A stretch of 64,000 nucleotides of DNA from Paraspadella gotoi (GCA_051294375.1 JBJCIZ010000239.1:5062711-5126710); one strand, 5' to 3'; counted from the stretch's first letter, positions 1 to 10,696 are shown. Notes: generated from the sequence alone by a model not told the origin. A program made the numbers and translations.

Positions 1-339
1 GACAGACGGACAAACAGACAAACGGACGGACGGACGAAAAAAGTTTGTCGCTTCTTTTCAAATCAAATCTCGCGATCAAAATCGTCATGAAAAAGGTTTT
101 CGCAGTTGAATTCCTTCTTCCTTTAATAATCTTGCAACAAAAAGAAAACAATATTTTGGTTGTTCTTGAAATTTNNNNNNNNNNNNNNNNNNNNNNNNNG
201 ACGACACCTTGAGGACATGAGACGAGAGATGAGAGAATGAGATGAGAGAACTGGAGCAGAGTGAGATTGCGAGAACTGTGACTGAGCGACTCGGGAGATG
301 ACGGAGGATCTCGCGAGTGAGTGGTGTGGGGATGAGAGA

Positions 340-1152
340 AAGAGAGACTCGAACTCTGAGACACTGTGTAGACGCAAGTTATCCAAAACTCGTCGTTAAT
401 ACAAACTCTGCGGTGAACGACCTCGAAACATTGTTAATTAAATTAAAAAGTTGACTTCTGAAAAGCCGCCCAGTCCGTTATCGGCTGAGAGTTGATTTAG
501 GCCGTGAGAGAGATGGATGGAGAGAGAGATAACGAGACGAGATTGAGCAGAGAGACGAGAGAGAGGGAGAGAGAGAGACCAGAGACCATGAGAGGAGAAC
601 AGAAAGAAAAATAGAAAAGAGTGCAGAGAAAACGAGAGCGAGAGGGAGAGACGGAGAGGGGGGATGGCGGTCGATCGGCCGAGAGAGAAGACGGACGCGG
701 AGAGAGGAGAGACAGAGAAAAAAAAAGAAGAGAAGAGAGATTGAGAGAGAGAGAGTAGAGAGAGCGAGAGAGAGAGAGACAGAGGAAAGAAAGAAGGAAG
801 AAGAAGAGAGAGAAGAGAGAGACACGAGAGAACGAGAAAGAAAAAAGAGATGAAGAGAGAGAGAGCAGAGAGAGAGAGAGGAGAGAGAGACAGAGAAAGA
901 AAAAGAAAGAGAGAGAAGAAGAGAGAGGAGGATCGAGGAAGAGAAGAGAGAAACGATAAGATGGGACTGACTGGATGAGGCCAAGATTCCAAAACCTCGT
1001 TAACAAACGCGTGACGATTGAAATTGTCTAGAAAAGTGACAGCCCGGGCCGTCGGTTGAGAGGAGAGAGGAGAGAGAAAGAAGAGAGAGACGAGAGAAGG
1101 AAAACGAAAAGAAAGAGAGAGAGAGAGAGCAGAGAGAAGACAAAAAAAAAAG

Positions 1153-1193
<41 letters not shown>

Positions 1194-1532
1194 CAGAAGA
1201 TCGCACTGAGTCTAGACGAAAGATTCCAAACTCAGCTTAACAAAAGCGTGACGATCGAAATTGTCTAAAAGTTGAAAGCCGCCATGCGGTGAGAGAGAGA
1301 GAGAAGAGAATGAGAGAAGGAGGAGAGAGAGAGAGGACAGAGAGACAGAGAAAGAAAAGAGAGAAGAGAGAGAGAGAGAGACAAGAAGAAACAAAAAAAG
1401 AAGAAGAGAGAGGGAGAGAGTAGAGAGAGGGAGAGATCGACTGAGTTTTGTGCTCCTGAGACGAAAGCATCCAAAACTCGTTAACAAAGCGCGTGACGAT
1501 CGAAATTGTTGTAAAAGTGGAAGCCGCCGCTC

Positions 1533-1589
<57 letters not shown>

Positions 1590-1644
1590 AGAGAAAGAAA
1601 AAGAAAGACGAGAGAGAGAGAGACGTAGAGAGACACGAGAAAAA

Positions 1645-1696
<52 letters not shown>

Positions 1697-2010
1697 GGGA
1701 GAGATCGACTGAGTCTGAGACGAAGATCCAAAACTCGTTAACAAACGCGTGACGATCGAAATTGCTTATAAAGTGAAGCCGCCGCGCACGGTGAGCAGAG
1801 AGAGAGAGGAGAGGAGAAGAGAGCGAGAGAGATAGCAGAGAGAGAGAGAGAGCGAAATGAGGAAAAAGAAAGCACAGAGAGAGGATGAGAGAAGAAGGAG
1901 AGATGGAGAGGATTGGAGGATCCGAACTAGACCTTGTGAGAACGAAGATCCAAACTCTGTTAACAAATGGCGCGGACGTATCGTAAATTGTTAAAAGTGA
2001 AGCCGGCTGT
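340..2010. repeat. tandem array of about six copies of a ~90-bp core separated by (AG)n-rich spacers
   Basis: Core GAGACGAAGATCCAAAACTCGTTAACAAACGCGTGACGATCGAAATTG..AAAAGTGAAGCCGCC..CGGTGAG near 355, 975, 1210, 1455, 1710 and 1935. Confidence 0.9.
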
Positions 2011-2789
2011 CGTGACTAGTGATGCGTCGTCGTCGTTCGTTCGTCCGTCGTTATCTGATCGTTCGTACGTCGTTTCGTAATTCGATTACAATATATGACA
2101 TAATTTTCTTTGATGTCGCCGTCATCGTGGGTCGACCGCAAGTCGTTGTTATTCAGCTGTTTTGTAGCTGTTGTTATTTATTGTTGTTTTCAATAATTCT
2201 GTTTTCAAGTTGTTTTCGGTTTTTGTACGCAGTTGTATTAGGTCCGATAATACGAAAGTCATGGCAACAGGATGAACATCTCGGTCATTATAGTGAATGG
2301 GAAAATGGGGCTCTGGAAAATCAGAGGCAGGAAAATATTTTCCGGGGCGCTAAGCAGTAAGCATGTGGGATTTTCTTTTAATTGTAAAGGACTACACTCT
2401 ATATTCAATTTTAAAATATTGTTTCAATTCCATTCAGCATTAAATAAATATATTCGGTTGAAGATATAAAAAATAAGAGAAAAGAAAGAAAGAAAAAAAA
2501 AGAAGATAAAGAAAGAAAGAAAGAAAGAGAAGAAGAAAGAAGTAATAGAAGACAGAAGAGGATAGACAGACAGACAACGGAAAAACAGACAAACGCGCAC
2601 GGAACGGACCGAAAAACATTTGTCGATTCTTTTCAAATCAAATCTCCGCGCATCAAAATCGTCATGAAAAAGGTTTTCGCAGTTGAATCCTTCTTCCTTT
2701 AATAATCTTGCCTAACAAAAAGAAAACAATATTTGGTTGTTCTTTGAAATTTTGGGATTACAAATTTCTTTTACAATATTCTCTTCCTC

Positions 2790-3090
2790 GCAAAGACCTC
2801 CTCCTCCTCCTCTTACCTTTTTCCTCTTTCTACTCCTCCTCCTATTTTCCTCATCCTTCCTCCTCCTTCCTCCACTTTCTCCTCTTCCTCTTTCTCCTCC
2901 TCTTTATCTTTCTCCTCTTCCTCCTCCTCCAACTTCTCTCCCTCTTCCTCTTCTCCTTCCTCTTATGCATCTTTCTCCGCCTCCTCCTCTTTCTCCTTCT
3001 CCTCCTCACTCCACCTCTCTCCTCCTGGTCCTCCTCCTAATTTCTCCTCCTCTTTCTCCTCCTCCTCCTTCTCTACCTCCTCTTCCTCCA
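2790..3090. repeat. degenerate (CCT)n/(CTT)n low-complexity tract in the fukutin-like 3' region
   Basis: Almost pure C/T sequence. Confidence 0.9.
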
Positions 3091-3330
3091 TTTCCTACTA
3101 CTAAACTTCTCGAACACCACACCTCCCTCCCATTCTTCAGCCTTCCACTGTCCCTTCACCACGACGTTGAAGGGACTCGTGATCCAGTTCCATTCCTCTT
3201 TCGGCGCCTTCCACTCATCGGCGCCGTATTCCGCTTTTATCAGCGCCGCGGGATCGCAAGGGACGTGGACTCTGTAGCCGTAGAGATCGGCGCTGCAGAC
3301 GAGGGTGAAGAAAGGATAGATACTGTGACC
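3073..3330 (-). CDS. FKTN: fukutin-like terminal exon (GHSIYPFFTLVCSADLYGYRVHVPCDP...WRKRR*)
   Basis: Acceptor ccccttcag, phase 0, TAG stop at 3073-3075. Close match to the fukutin C-terminal HVPC/YG..W/W.W.SP.NV motif. Confidence 0.92.
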   Translation of the reverse strand, partial: GHSIYPFFTLVCSADLYGYRVHVPCDPAALIKAEYGADEWKAPKEEWNWITSPFNVVVKGQWKAEEWEGGVVFEKFSSRKWRKRR

Positions 3331-6253
3331 CTGAAGGGGAGGTTGGATTGGGAAGAAGAGGAGGGATTGAGTTGCGGTGTGGTGAGTCCGTGTGACAACC
3401 CAAGATGGAAACATATGAACATTAAAAATTGGTAAATCAACTTTCTACTGCAGTATTTTTGGAGTTATGGTTATTTATAGCGTAAATAGGACAGACCGAC
3501 GGCAAGTCAGACAGACAGACGGATTGACCGAGCCACAAACAGATAAAAAGATGTTTTACGAGGTACAAAAATTGCATCAATGACGACAACGATCCTTTCG
3601 GAAAAAAAAAAGTTTTTTCGTACATACAGTCATACTCGATTATATATCGCTGATCAAAATGGTCGTCGTTGTTGTCATCGCCGAATTACCTTCGTATAAT
3701 TAACAAACGTCTCTAACCCGTTCCACAGATACTTGACTCCTAGGCCAGAGGGCACGGCGTCGTTGGGCGGAGGATTTTCGCCTTCGTAGAGAAATAAGAG
3801 GTCGAATCTCTGAGAGTCGCGGTTGATGAGACTGAATGCGAGATTGTCGTGGGCGCGGCCTATATTTTGTAAAGGGGCGGAGAACTGGAGAGGGGAGGGA
3901 GTGGGGGGGTGAGGAAAGGGGGGGAGGAGGGTTTGCCGGTCAGCCAGTTAGTCGGTAGAGCACAGGACTCTTAATCCTGGGGTCGTGGGTTCGAGCCCCA
4001 CATTGGGCGCCACTGGGAAGATGGTATCTAGCTAAAGGTAGGTACTAACTAGTCTCTCATCAGGGAAAAGAGGTAAGTAGGGTAAGTATGTAATTGGTAA
4101 TAGGAAAACAGATATAACAAAGGGTATCAAGGGTACATAAAAGGGGGAGAAGGGAGAGGGAAGGTTTTGCAGACCCCGAGACCGAGAGGAGAAGTTGAGA
4201 GAGTCTGTCCGATCTCCAAGACTCTATCCGTGACTCCGGGGATGAAGAGAGGGAAGACGAGGGGAGGAGGAGGCGTTAGAGGGGAAGAGAAGGCCCGGGA
4301 GAGAGAGTGTTCTTGGCGGTGGCGTGAGCCTCTATCTTGAGAGGGAAGAAATGGAAGGGGTGGTAATAAGTATATAATAGACTAAAGTTTTTTTTAAATG
4401 CAAATCTTTAAATTCTAAGACCTTGGCAAAAAGTCGATGGTCAAAAATGTAAAAAAATATATATATGAATTGGTACAACCAATATAAATATTATCCATTC
4501 ATTTAATAAATAAATTGTTTAAAAGTTTAAGAGCCGATTTTTAATTTTCTGCTTTAATAACATAATTTTTAAAAAAAAATATTTACATTTTCCTTTTATC
4601 AACGTTTTACAAAGAATCTGAATCTGTTTTCAGAATTTAAAAAAAACATTTTCAAATTTTGACATCTATATAAAGGTAAGTACCCTATGTACAACTATAT
4701 ATAAATAAAGAGTAAAAAAAAAGAAAAATAATTACAGATTAGTATTCACTAAAATGATAGTTTTCAAGATATAAACTGTTAAATTTTGATTCTACTGGGA
4801 TTGATTGAGAATAATTAGTTGGGGGAGGGAAAGGTATGAGAATATTTCGACGTATTCCGGAGAAAATAAAAAATAAGAAAGGGGTGGCGAAAGAATAATT
4901 ATTGAGAAAAAGAGAGAAAGACAAGGAAGAAAGAACCTTCAGGAACGAAAGAAAGGACAGAAAGTTAAAAAATAAAAACAAAATTACGCATGAAGTTAAA
5001 GTACTTTCATTGGGACAAATGAAGAAACAAAAAAGGGGGGGGGGAAAAAAAGAGGAAATATTATCATGGTTCTACTTACCCCGTCACTCACCTTTATCCT
5101 TGTTCACGAAAATAATCTTCATCCATTCCCTATACCCTCCAGCGAACAAGGCAGTATCGGAGTCGTGGTGTGGGCGATGATGGCACACTCGCGCCACACC
5201 CCAGAAGGGATCCGGACCACAAGCCATGTAAGAGGCCCCACGAAGCGAACACCTTTCTGAAAAGCGTCGAGAGTTGTTTCGTTATTTACTCTGTTTAATT
5301 TTTTTTTTGTTCATTATTTCTTTCTTTAAGATCGAACAATCTTATGTTGTTATATTATAAACATTATCAGTTTTCTATAACTGAAATTATGTTTCACGTT
5401 CCAAGAATTTTTAAAATTCATTTTTAACTACAGAGTGTCTTGAACGTACTGTGACTTTACAAATGAATAAAGTGAATCAGTATGGTTATAAAAAAATCAT
5501 TTACTGTACTCGTTGGATCCGGAAGTTCTTACAGTTTTATATGATGTCTTTATTTTTAAAATCAAACGATTATATCACATGTTATCAGCACTCAAAGTAA
5601 ATGTCGGAAATAACTTTATCAATTTTGAAAAATTCAAATCTTTCTGAATCCCGAAAATCCCCCCTCATTTGAACTGCGTATTGTGTCGATAAAAATACAA
5701 ATAATAGACATACAAAAAAAAACAACTGTATAAGTTAGATGAATGATTAATTTGAAAGAACTACCGAGTTCTTTGAAATTAATCATTCACCTCACTTATT
5801 TGACACAGCGTTCATTTGTAAAGCGACAGTACGCCTGAGACACTCTGTACTTTATTCCCTCGCCTGATGTGGACGACGCTTTTCATAATTTTTTTGCTCG
5901 AAGATTCGTTTATTTTTTTGTTTCCGTAATTTTGGTGAAATTCTCTGGAGGACAAAAATTAAAAAGTGTTGAAAAGTGAAAAATAAATGAGACCAATGAA
6001 TGCCCATAATTATCAGACCTGACATTTTCGAAATTGCATTCGATGAACCTCGCAGCTTGGTTTTCCCATAGAAAATGAGTTTTGTTATGGGCCACCCAAA
6101 ACTGGCTACTCCCTAAGAACAAAAGTAAAAAATTAGATAAGGATTACAGATGGGAGTACAGAGCAATATTTTTATTCATGACCAATATTTCGATCCGTTG
6201 GACAGATCCTCTTCAGGGACAAATGAGTAAGAGAGAAAAAAAAAAACAAAAAC

Positions 6254-6291
<38 letters not shown>

Positions 6292-6292
6292 A

Positions 6293-6340
<48 letters not shown>

Positions 6341-8139
6341 AAAATCAGGATTAATCCCCACTCACTCACTCACTCCACATTCACAGTGTCTCTCTCTTCT
6401 TTTTTTTTGCCCTGACTATTAACCTACTCATTTGGCCCCGAAGATGATCTGTCCCAATGGATTGAAATATTGTTTATGAATAAAAATATTGAACCCGTAC
6501 TCCCATGTGTAATCTTTATCTAATTCATTATCTCGGTACATGCGATGACTCTCAAAAAAAAAAAAAAAAAGAAAAAAAAGTTTTTAATTTTAGGCCAACT
6601 TCCAAGACTATAGATAGTTTTTATAGATAGTTTTTATCTCTTGTTCTCACCCTCTTTGACGGTTTGGAATTTGGAAAAAGCCTTGGCTTTGCCTTTCCCG
6701 CCAAAAGACGGAATCCACAGATAACCGTCGTCGACGTCGTCTCTTTTCCCTCTGTCGAAGGCGATGGAAACGAAGAGGAAAGATCCGTCCGAGAATCTGA
6801 CAATTATTAGAGATGACAAAGTATAGTTTTTTTTTTTTAAATTTTAAATATATAAATATGAATATAAATAAGTAAATGAATAAAAAGATAAATAAAAAAA
6901 TTAAATAAATAAATAAAATGTAAATATAGATATGAATATAAATAAAATTATGAATAGAAAATATATATAAAATCTAGTGAATTTAAAATGTACTTCATGT
7001 TTTCATAAAAAAATATCCTATTGAAATTCGTCCATGCCATTGATGAGCACATGATTAAAAAAGTAAGTAACCTGAAATACTGGGAATTAAAAAATAAAAT
7101 GTCAGTCATTTTTATACTAAATATATATATATATATATGAAAAATCGGAAGACCTTATATCAGATAATTTAGCCATAGTATTTGATCATTTTTCATTATT
7201 TGAAATACGAGAAAAAGCTTCAGAATCATGGACCTGTTTTTCATCGTATGTTTTAATAACCTTAAGATTATTATTCAGGGATCTGGGGCAATCAAGTTAT
7301 CCAGCTATCCCTCCGAATGTTCACTATATTTTTTTTTCATTTTTAATACATTTCAAGTATAGTAAAATATCATAAAAAAAAGATAAATCCTAAATCTAAT
7401 ATTTTTTTTTTACATTCAGCTTTGCGGGAGAGTAATTAATTTTTAAAAATCATTAAAAATCAAACTTTAAATCATTTTTAATTTTTTTTTTTAAATACAA
7501 GTATATAGAATGATTTTTTAAGTCTGAAATAAAGTGGCGCGATTTTTTTGTAGATGATCAAAATCAACATCACCATTACAAAAGCTCCGAAACTAATGAA
7601 CAAAGGCTAACTTACTCACAAGTACTCACCCAAATCGGAGCCCGTACAACAGGTTAGCTTTGTTCGACAAGGATCCTTCCGTGTTCGCCGTTCTGAAGTC
7701 GGGACCCTCGATTCTTTCCACCTTCCAACCAGAGCTGATTGTTTTGTTAGTTCTGTGAAATGTATAACCAGATTGTTAATGTTGTTTTAAGAGAGATGAA
7801 TATTATTGCCTCGCCACTCTCTCAATCACGCGTTCCCTCAGTTATTATTTGACCGGTCTTCTACTGGTCAGTCAATAGTTTTAACGGTCTTTTTTCTGGC
7901 CATCTCGAAATTTACTTGAGATGCAAAACCGCAATCATTTTCGTTTTTCAAGGAAAATCATGAATATTGATCGTCAGAAACTCTAGTTTTATGAGTTTCT
8001 GGATTGCCTATAATTATAATAAATAGTAAATTGTTTTGAACCGGTTTCGTCCTGGAACTCAAGTTAAACCCTTTTGACTGGCGACTGAAAGAAGAAAAAT
8101 AAGAAGAAGAAGAATAAGATGAAGAAGACGAAAGTTCTT

Positions 8140-8233
<94 letters not shown>

Positions 8234-9244
8234 AAATACAAATGGCAACCTCCTGAAATCCTTTTGTTCATAGACTTACCCTATTTCTCCACCCATGCTC
8301 ATCTTTCTCCTTCTCCTCTCCATCTTTTCCAATTCTCTCGTCCAGTTCGTCGTCGCCTCCTCCAAAGCCTCCGCTTGATTCTCGAAGACAAGAAGCGTTT
8401 CGTCGACGGCGGCAGCGGCGGAAACTTTCTTCCCCTCCTCCTCCTTCTCTTCCAAAGCCTCCCGCGGAACGACGACCAACTTGAGCTTCGCCTCCGCAAA
8501 AAATCGTAGGAGATGAGATCGTTGGGATTTTGGAGAAGATGAAGGGGATTCGTTGGAGGAAGATATCGGGATGCTGCTGGAGATGGTGATGTCGCGGGGA
8601 CGGATGGAGAAAAACAAAGGGTTAGAGTGAACCATGGTAGAGTGAAAAGGAGAGGAAAAAGTTTTAGATTTCGATGAATGAAATTCTGAGTTTAATGCAT
8701 TTGAAACGGAAGTCGCCGGCGACGACGCCGAAGCGGCTGCTGACGTTGTCGCTGGATTCGACCCTATTCGAAAGGCGTTGGATAATACTATTAATTTTAT
8801 TTTTCAAGACGTTAATTTTTAAGTTATTGCATAAGTGCAGAGCCTTCATAGACCTTTTCGCCTAAACTTTAGACATCTCTTTGAGTTTGAAATGAATTTC
8901 AATCTCTGAAATATTTCAAATATTTCGAATATTGACTTGAACTTGAATTTGTCGAACTAAAGACCACCTGAAGATTTACCTCATCCGCTGCAATCCCAAC
9001 CACTAACCTCCGCACCCCATACGCCCTCACCCTCCCCACACTTACCCAACCATCCCCAAAATGCCTAACGAACCCCGACCCCCACCTCACCGCAAAAGTT
9101 TTTTTAGCGCCGCTTCGCCGTTGTAGAAATAAAAGACGCAAGGGAAAAAGAAGCCGACGAATAAGAGAAGGAACGCCGATTTCCTGTTGACGCCCAGCCA
9201 CGGTGACGGTCTGTTGCGTCAGAAGGAAATTGACGGTGGATCAT
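3073..9244 (-). CDS. FKTN: Fukutin-like (LicD-family nucleotidyltransferase-fold, type II membrane phosphotransferase) gene, about 9 coding exons
   Basis: Manual splicing gives exons 9091-~9244, 8280-8576, 7630-7752, 6651-6796, 6019-6112, 5864-5944, ~5080-5256, 3690-3884 and 3073-3330. Junction phases are consistent except around the indel-containing ~5080-5256 exon. Fukutin-like motifs occur in the expected order: N-terminal TM (SAFLLLFVGFFFPCVFYFY), IEGPDFR, HFL..ARFIEC, LWSGSLLG-WREC.II.HT.DSD, G...DNL.FS, FDLLFLYE..YLWNG, HVPCDP..LI.AEYG..W..P..W.W..SP.NV...GQW..EEW. Orthology versus an expanded paralogue cannot be settled here. Confidence 0.88.
3690..3884 (-). CDS. FKTN: fukutin-like exon (FSAPLQNIGRAHDNLAFSLINRDSQRFDLLFLYEG...YLWNGLETFVNYTK)
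   Basis: ctccag acceptor, AAG|gtaatt donor, 195 nt open. Parallels fukutin G..EDSLELSF..LDVFFFYE..MWNG. Confidence 0.88.
3935..4012 (+). pseudogene. tRNA-Lys(CTT) retrocopy/pseudogene (or tRNA-derived SINE head) with encoded CCA
   Basis: AGTCGGTAGAGC D-arm remnant, CAGGA-CT-CTT-AA-TCCTG anticodon arm, GTGGG-TTCGAGC-CCCAC T-arm, 3' TTGGGCG-CCA. The 5' acceptor and D stem are degenerate. Confidence 0.85.
5080..5256 (-). CDS. FKTN: fukutin-like catalytic exon (KVFASWGLLHGLWSGSLLG/VWRECAIIAHT/DSDTALF), frameshifted as assembled
   Basis: ttttcag acceptor. The GSLLG, WREC and DxD motifs lie in three different frames. Donor at either 5092 (gtgagt) or 5080 (gtaagt). Confidence 0.8.
5730..5799. other. 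near-perfect 70-nt intronic hairpin
   Basis: ATAAGTTAGATGAATGATTAATTTGAAAGAACT-ACCG-AGTTCTTTGAAATTAATCATTCACCTCACTTAT. Confidence 0.85.
5864..5944 (-). CDS. FKTN: fukutin-like exon (EFHQNYGNKKINESSSKKIMKSVVHIR)
   Basis: ctccag acceptor in phase 2. Ends CAG|gcgagg (GC donor), in phase with the next exon. Confidence 0.78.
6019..6112 (-). CDS. FKTN: fukutin-like exon (GSSQFWVAHNKTHFLWENQAARFIECNFENVR)
   Basis: ttcttag acceptor, AG|gtctga donor, RFIEC motif. Confidence 0.85.
6131..6525. mobile_element. MITE/foldback element with ~100-bp imperfect terminal inverted repeats
   Basis: 6131-6229 (AATTAGATAAGGATTACAGATGGGAGTAC...AAATGAGTA) is the reverse complement of 6425-6525 (TACTCATTT...GTACTCCCATGTGTAATCTTTATCTAATT). 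The centre holds (AG)n. Confidence 0.75.
6651..6796 (-). CDS. FKTN: fukutin-like exon (FSDGSFLFVSIAFDRG...GYLWIPSFGGKGKAKAFSKFQTVKE)
   Basis: ttgtcag acceptor, G|gtgaga donor, phases match both neighbours. Confidence 0.8.
7630..7752 (-). CDS. FKTN: fukutin-like exon (TNKTISSGWKVERIEGPDFRTANTEGSLSNKANLLYGLRFG)
   Basis: tttcacag acceptor, GG|gtgagt donor, phase 2/2. Confidence 0.78.
8141..8228. repeat. (AG)n microsatellite
   Basis: Pure dinucleotide run, one of dozens in the window. Confidence 0.97.
8280..8576 (-). CDS. FKTN: fukutin-like stem-region exon (SIPISSS...HLLRFFAEAKLKLVVVPREALEE...GGEIG)
   Basis: Branch-like ctctaac plus pyrimidine tract, ctccag acceptor (CAGCAG tandem), GG|gtaagt donor, phase 2/2. 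Confidence 0.72.
9091..9244 (-). CDS. FKTN: probable first coding exon with signal-anchor TM (LGVNRKSAFLLLFVGFFFPCVFYFYNGEAALKKLLR)
   Basis: CG|gtgagg donor in phase with the next exon. The ATG at 9244 is out of frame with the TM segment, so either an indel is needed or the start lies elsewhere. Confidence 0.55.
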
Positions 9245-9736
9245 TGGAAAAAATAAAAACGGCGGGGCTATTTATAGAAAGCAAACAATTCAATATTTAC
9301 CTGGCGGTATATATAGCTCGCATTTTATAATATTGCGAAAGGCAAATTTTTGCCTATTCAGTATTTTAACAAACGAAAGCTATATGGTTTTTCTTTCGGT
9401 TTTTTTTTTCTTGTGTTTTTTTATCTCGCCAGACTGGCCTCGGACGAGACCCATCTTGGGTGGGATAATGGTTTACTATTGCTTTTTAGTGACGTCGTCG
9501 TCGTCGTCGTTGTCATCGTTATCGTCGTCATGCTTTTTTTACATTTATTTACAATAGAATATCATAAAAGTGTGTAATTGAAGGAAGCTTAAAATTTCGA
9601 TGTGGATTCTCATCATCAAGATCTTTTCAAATGGATACAAGTATTTTTTGTTTGAAGTTCTTTAACGTTATTATTAACAGTAAAATACTGTAATACTATA
9701 ATAATAATAATAATAATAATAATACTAAAAACGAGA

Positions 9737-9900
9737 CTGTGAGAGAGTCTTGATTGAAAGCTTGAAGAAATATGCTATGTCATTATCTTGTAAGAGTGAT
9801 GGAGGCTTTAAACCACCGAAGCATGTCCAAAGTCAGAGGCAAGATAGCTTGTTTATTAAATGAATGGATAATTATTATATTGGTTGTACAAATTTCATAC
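9737..9900 (+). mobile_element. dispersed ~165-bp repeat family, copy 1
   Basis: CTGTGAGAGAGTCTTGATTGAAAGCTTG..ATGTCATTATCTTGTAAGAGTGATGGAGGC..CCAAAGTCAG..AATGGATAAT..TATATTGGTTG recurs at 17808-17975(-), 31735-31860(-), 58677-58775(+), 63650-63750(+) and partly at 4465-4510(-). Confidence 0.75.
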
Positions 9901-9995
9901 AAATAGCATATAGAATAGGAAGATTTCTATATTTTTTTTAATTATATGTCGCTTTCTCTCTCTTTATCTCAATCGCTGCCTCTTCTGATTCGTCT

Positions 9996-10365
9996 AAAAA
10001 CAAGTTTGAGCTAACAATGTCGAATCTGCCTACGATAATAAAGTGGAGTTTTTTGCAAAGGGGGACAGACAGATGGATGGACAGACAGACGTATGGACGA
10101 CGGACAATCATTTTTTTTTGCGCATAATTTATCCAATGTTAACCTTTCGATTTGTTGTGTTGATGAAGACTTGTATTAGAGTCGAAACATGTCTGTTCCT
10201 ATTAAAAATAAAATCGTTGTAGAAATAAAAACAATATCTCTTTGCATAATTTATCATAATTTGATGTTGCGATATGATTTAAGTTAAGATTGAGGGGGCG
10301 GACCGACGGACCGACAAAGTGAATTACAGAGTCGGAATCTGCTAGTAAGCAGATTAAACTAAAAA
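9996..10365 (+). mobile_element. Helentron-associated non-autonomous element (HINE/DINE-1-like)
   Basis: A-run ends, subterminal GTCG(G)ATCTGC at 10019, (GACA/GACG)n microsatellite, terminal hairpin AGTCGGAATCTGC..GCAGAT..ACTAAAAA. The same ends occur inverted at 57285-58374. Confidence 0.65.
10134..10243 (+). mobile_element. Penelope-like pseudo-LTR fragment with degenerate minimal hammerhead ribozyme, flanked by 12-bp TSD
   Basis: TTGATGA-A-GACTT-GTATTA-GAGTC-GAAAC-AT-GTC (10160-10193) followed by AATAAA. TSD GCATAATTTATC at 10122-10133 and 10244-10255. Confidence 0.65.
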
Positions 10366-10489
10366 TTCAAGACACGTTGACTTTGGTTTTTTTTCTATGC
10401 AAACTCATTTCCACTCCTCGGTTCAATCGAAACTTTATATCCAGCTTAATCACACACTTTTTTTTTCTACCCACACATCCAATCCCGAG

Positions 10490-10696
10490 TAATGGGATTT
10501 TTTTGCTAATGGGGAACGGACAGACAGACAGACGGACGGACGGATGGATATAATTTTTTTTTTGCATAATTTATCATAATTCGAGGTTCTGATAATATAA
10601 TAGTGATTTACCGACAAGATTTTGGGGGTGAGACCGACGGACCGACAAAGTGAATAATAGAGTCGGAATCTGCTGATAAGCTGATAAGCTGATAAG
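10490..10696 (+). mobile_element. second, partial HINE-like copy
   Basis: (GACA/GACG)n, GCATAATTTATCATAATT, GACCGACGGACCGACAAAGTGAAT..AGAGTCGGAATCTGCTGATAAG. Confidence 0.65.

Noticed and set aside
438-1966. Many S/L- and R/E-rich ORFs in the track, here and throughout the window
   Set aside because: They are translations of (CT)n/(AG)n and other microsatellites.
340-2010. CRISPR-like repeat/spacer array
   Set aside because: The repeats are about 90 bp and the spacers are (AG)n microsatellite of 150-450 bp. The context is eukaryotic and there are no cas genes.
8577-8635. ATG near 8635 as start of the fukutin-like protein
   Set aside because: The segment looks like branch point plus polypyrimidine tract, and the TM anchor lies in the upstream exon.
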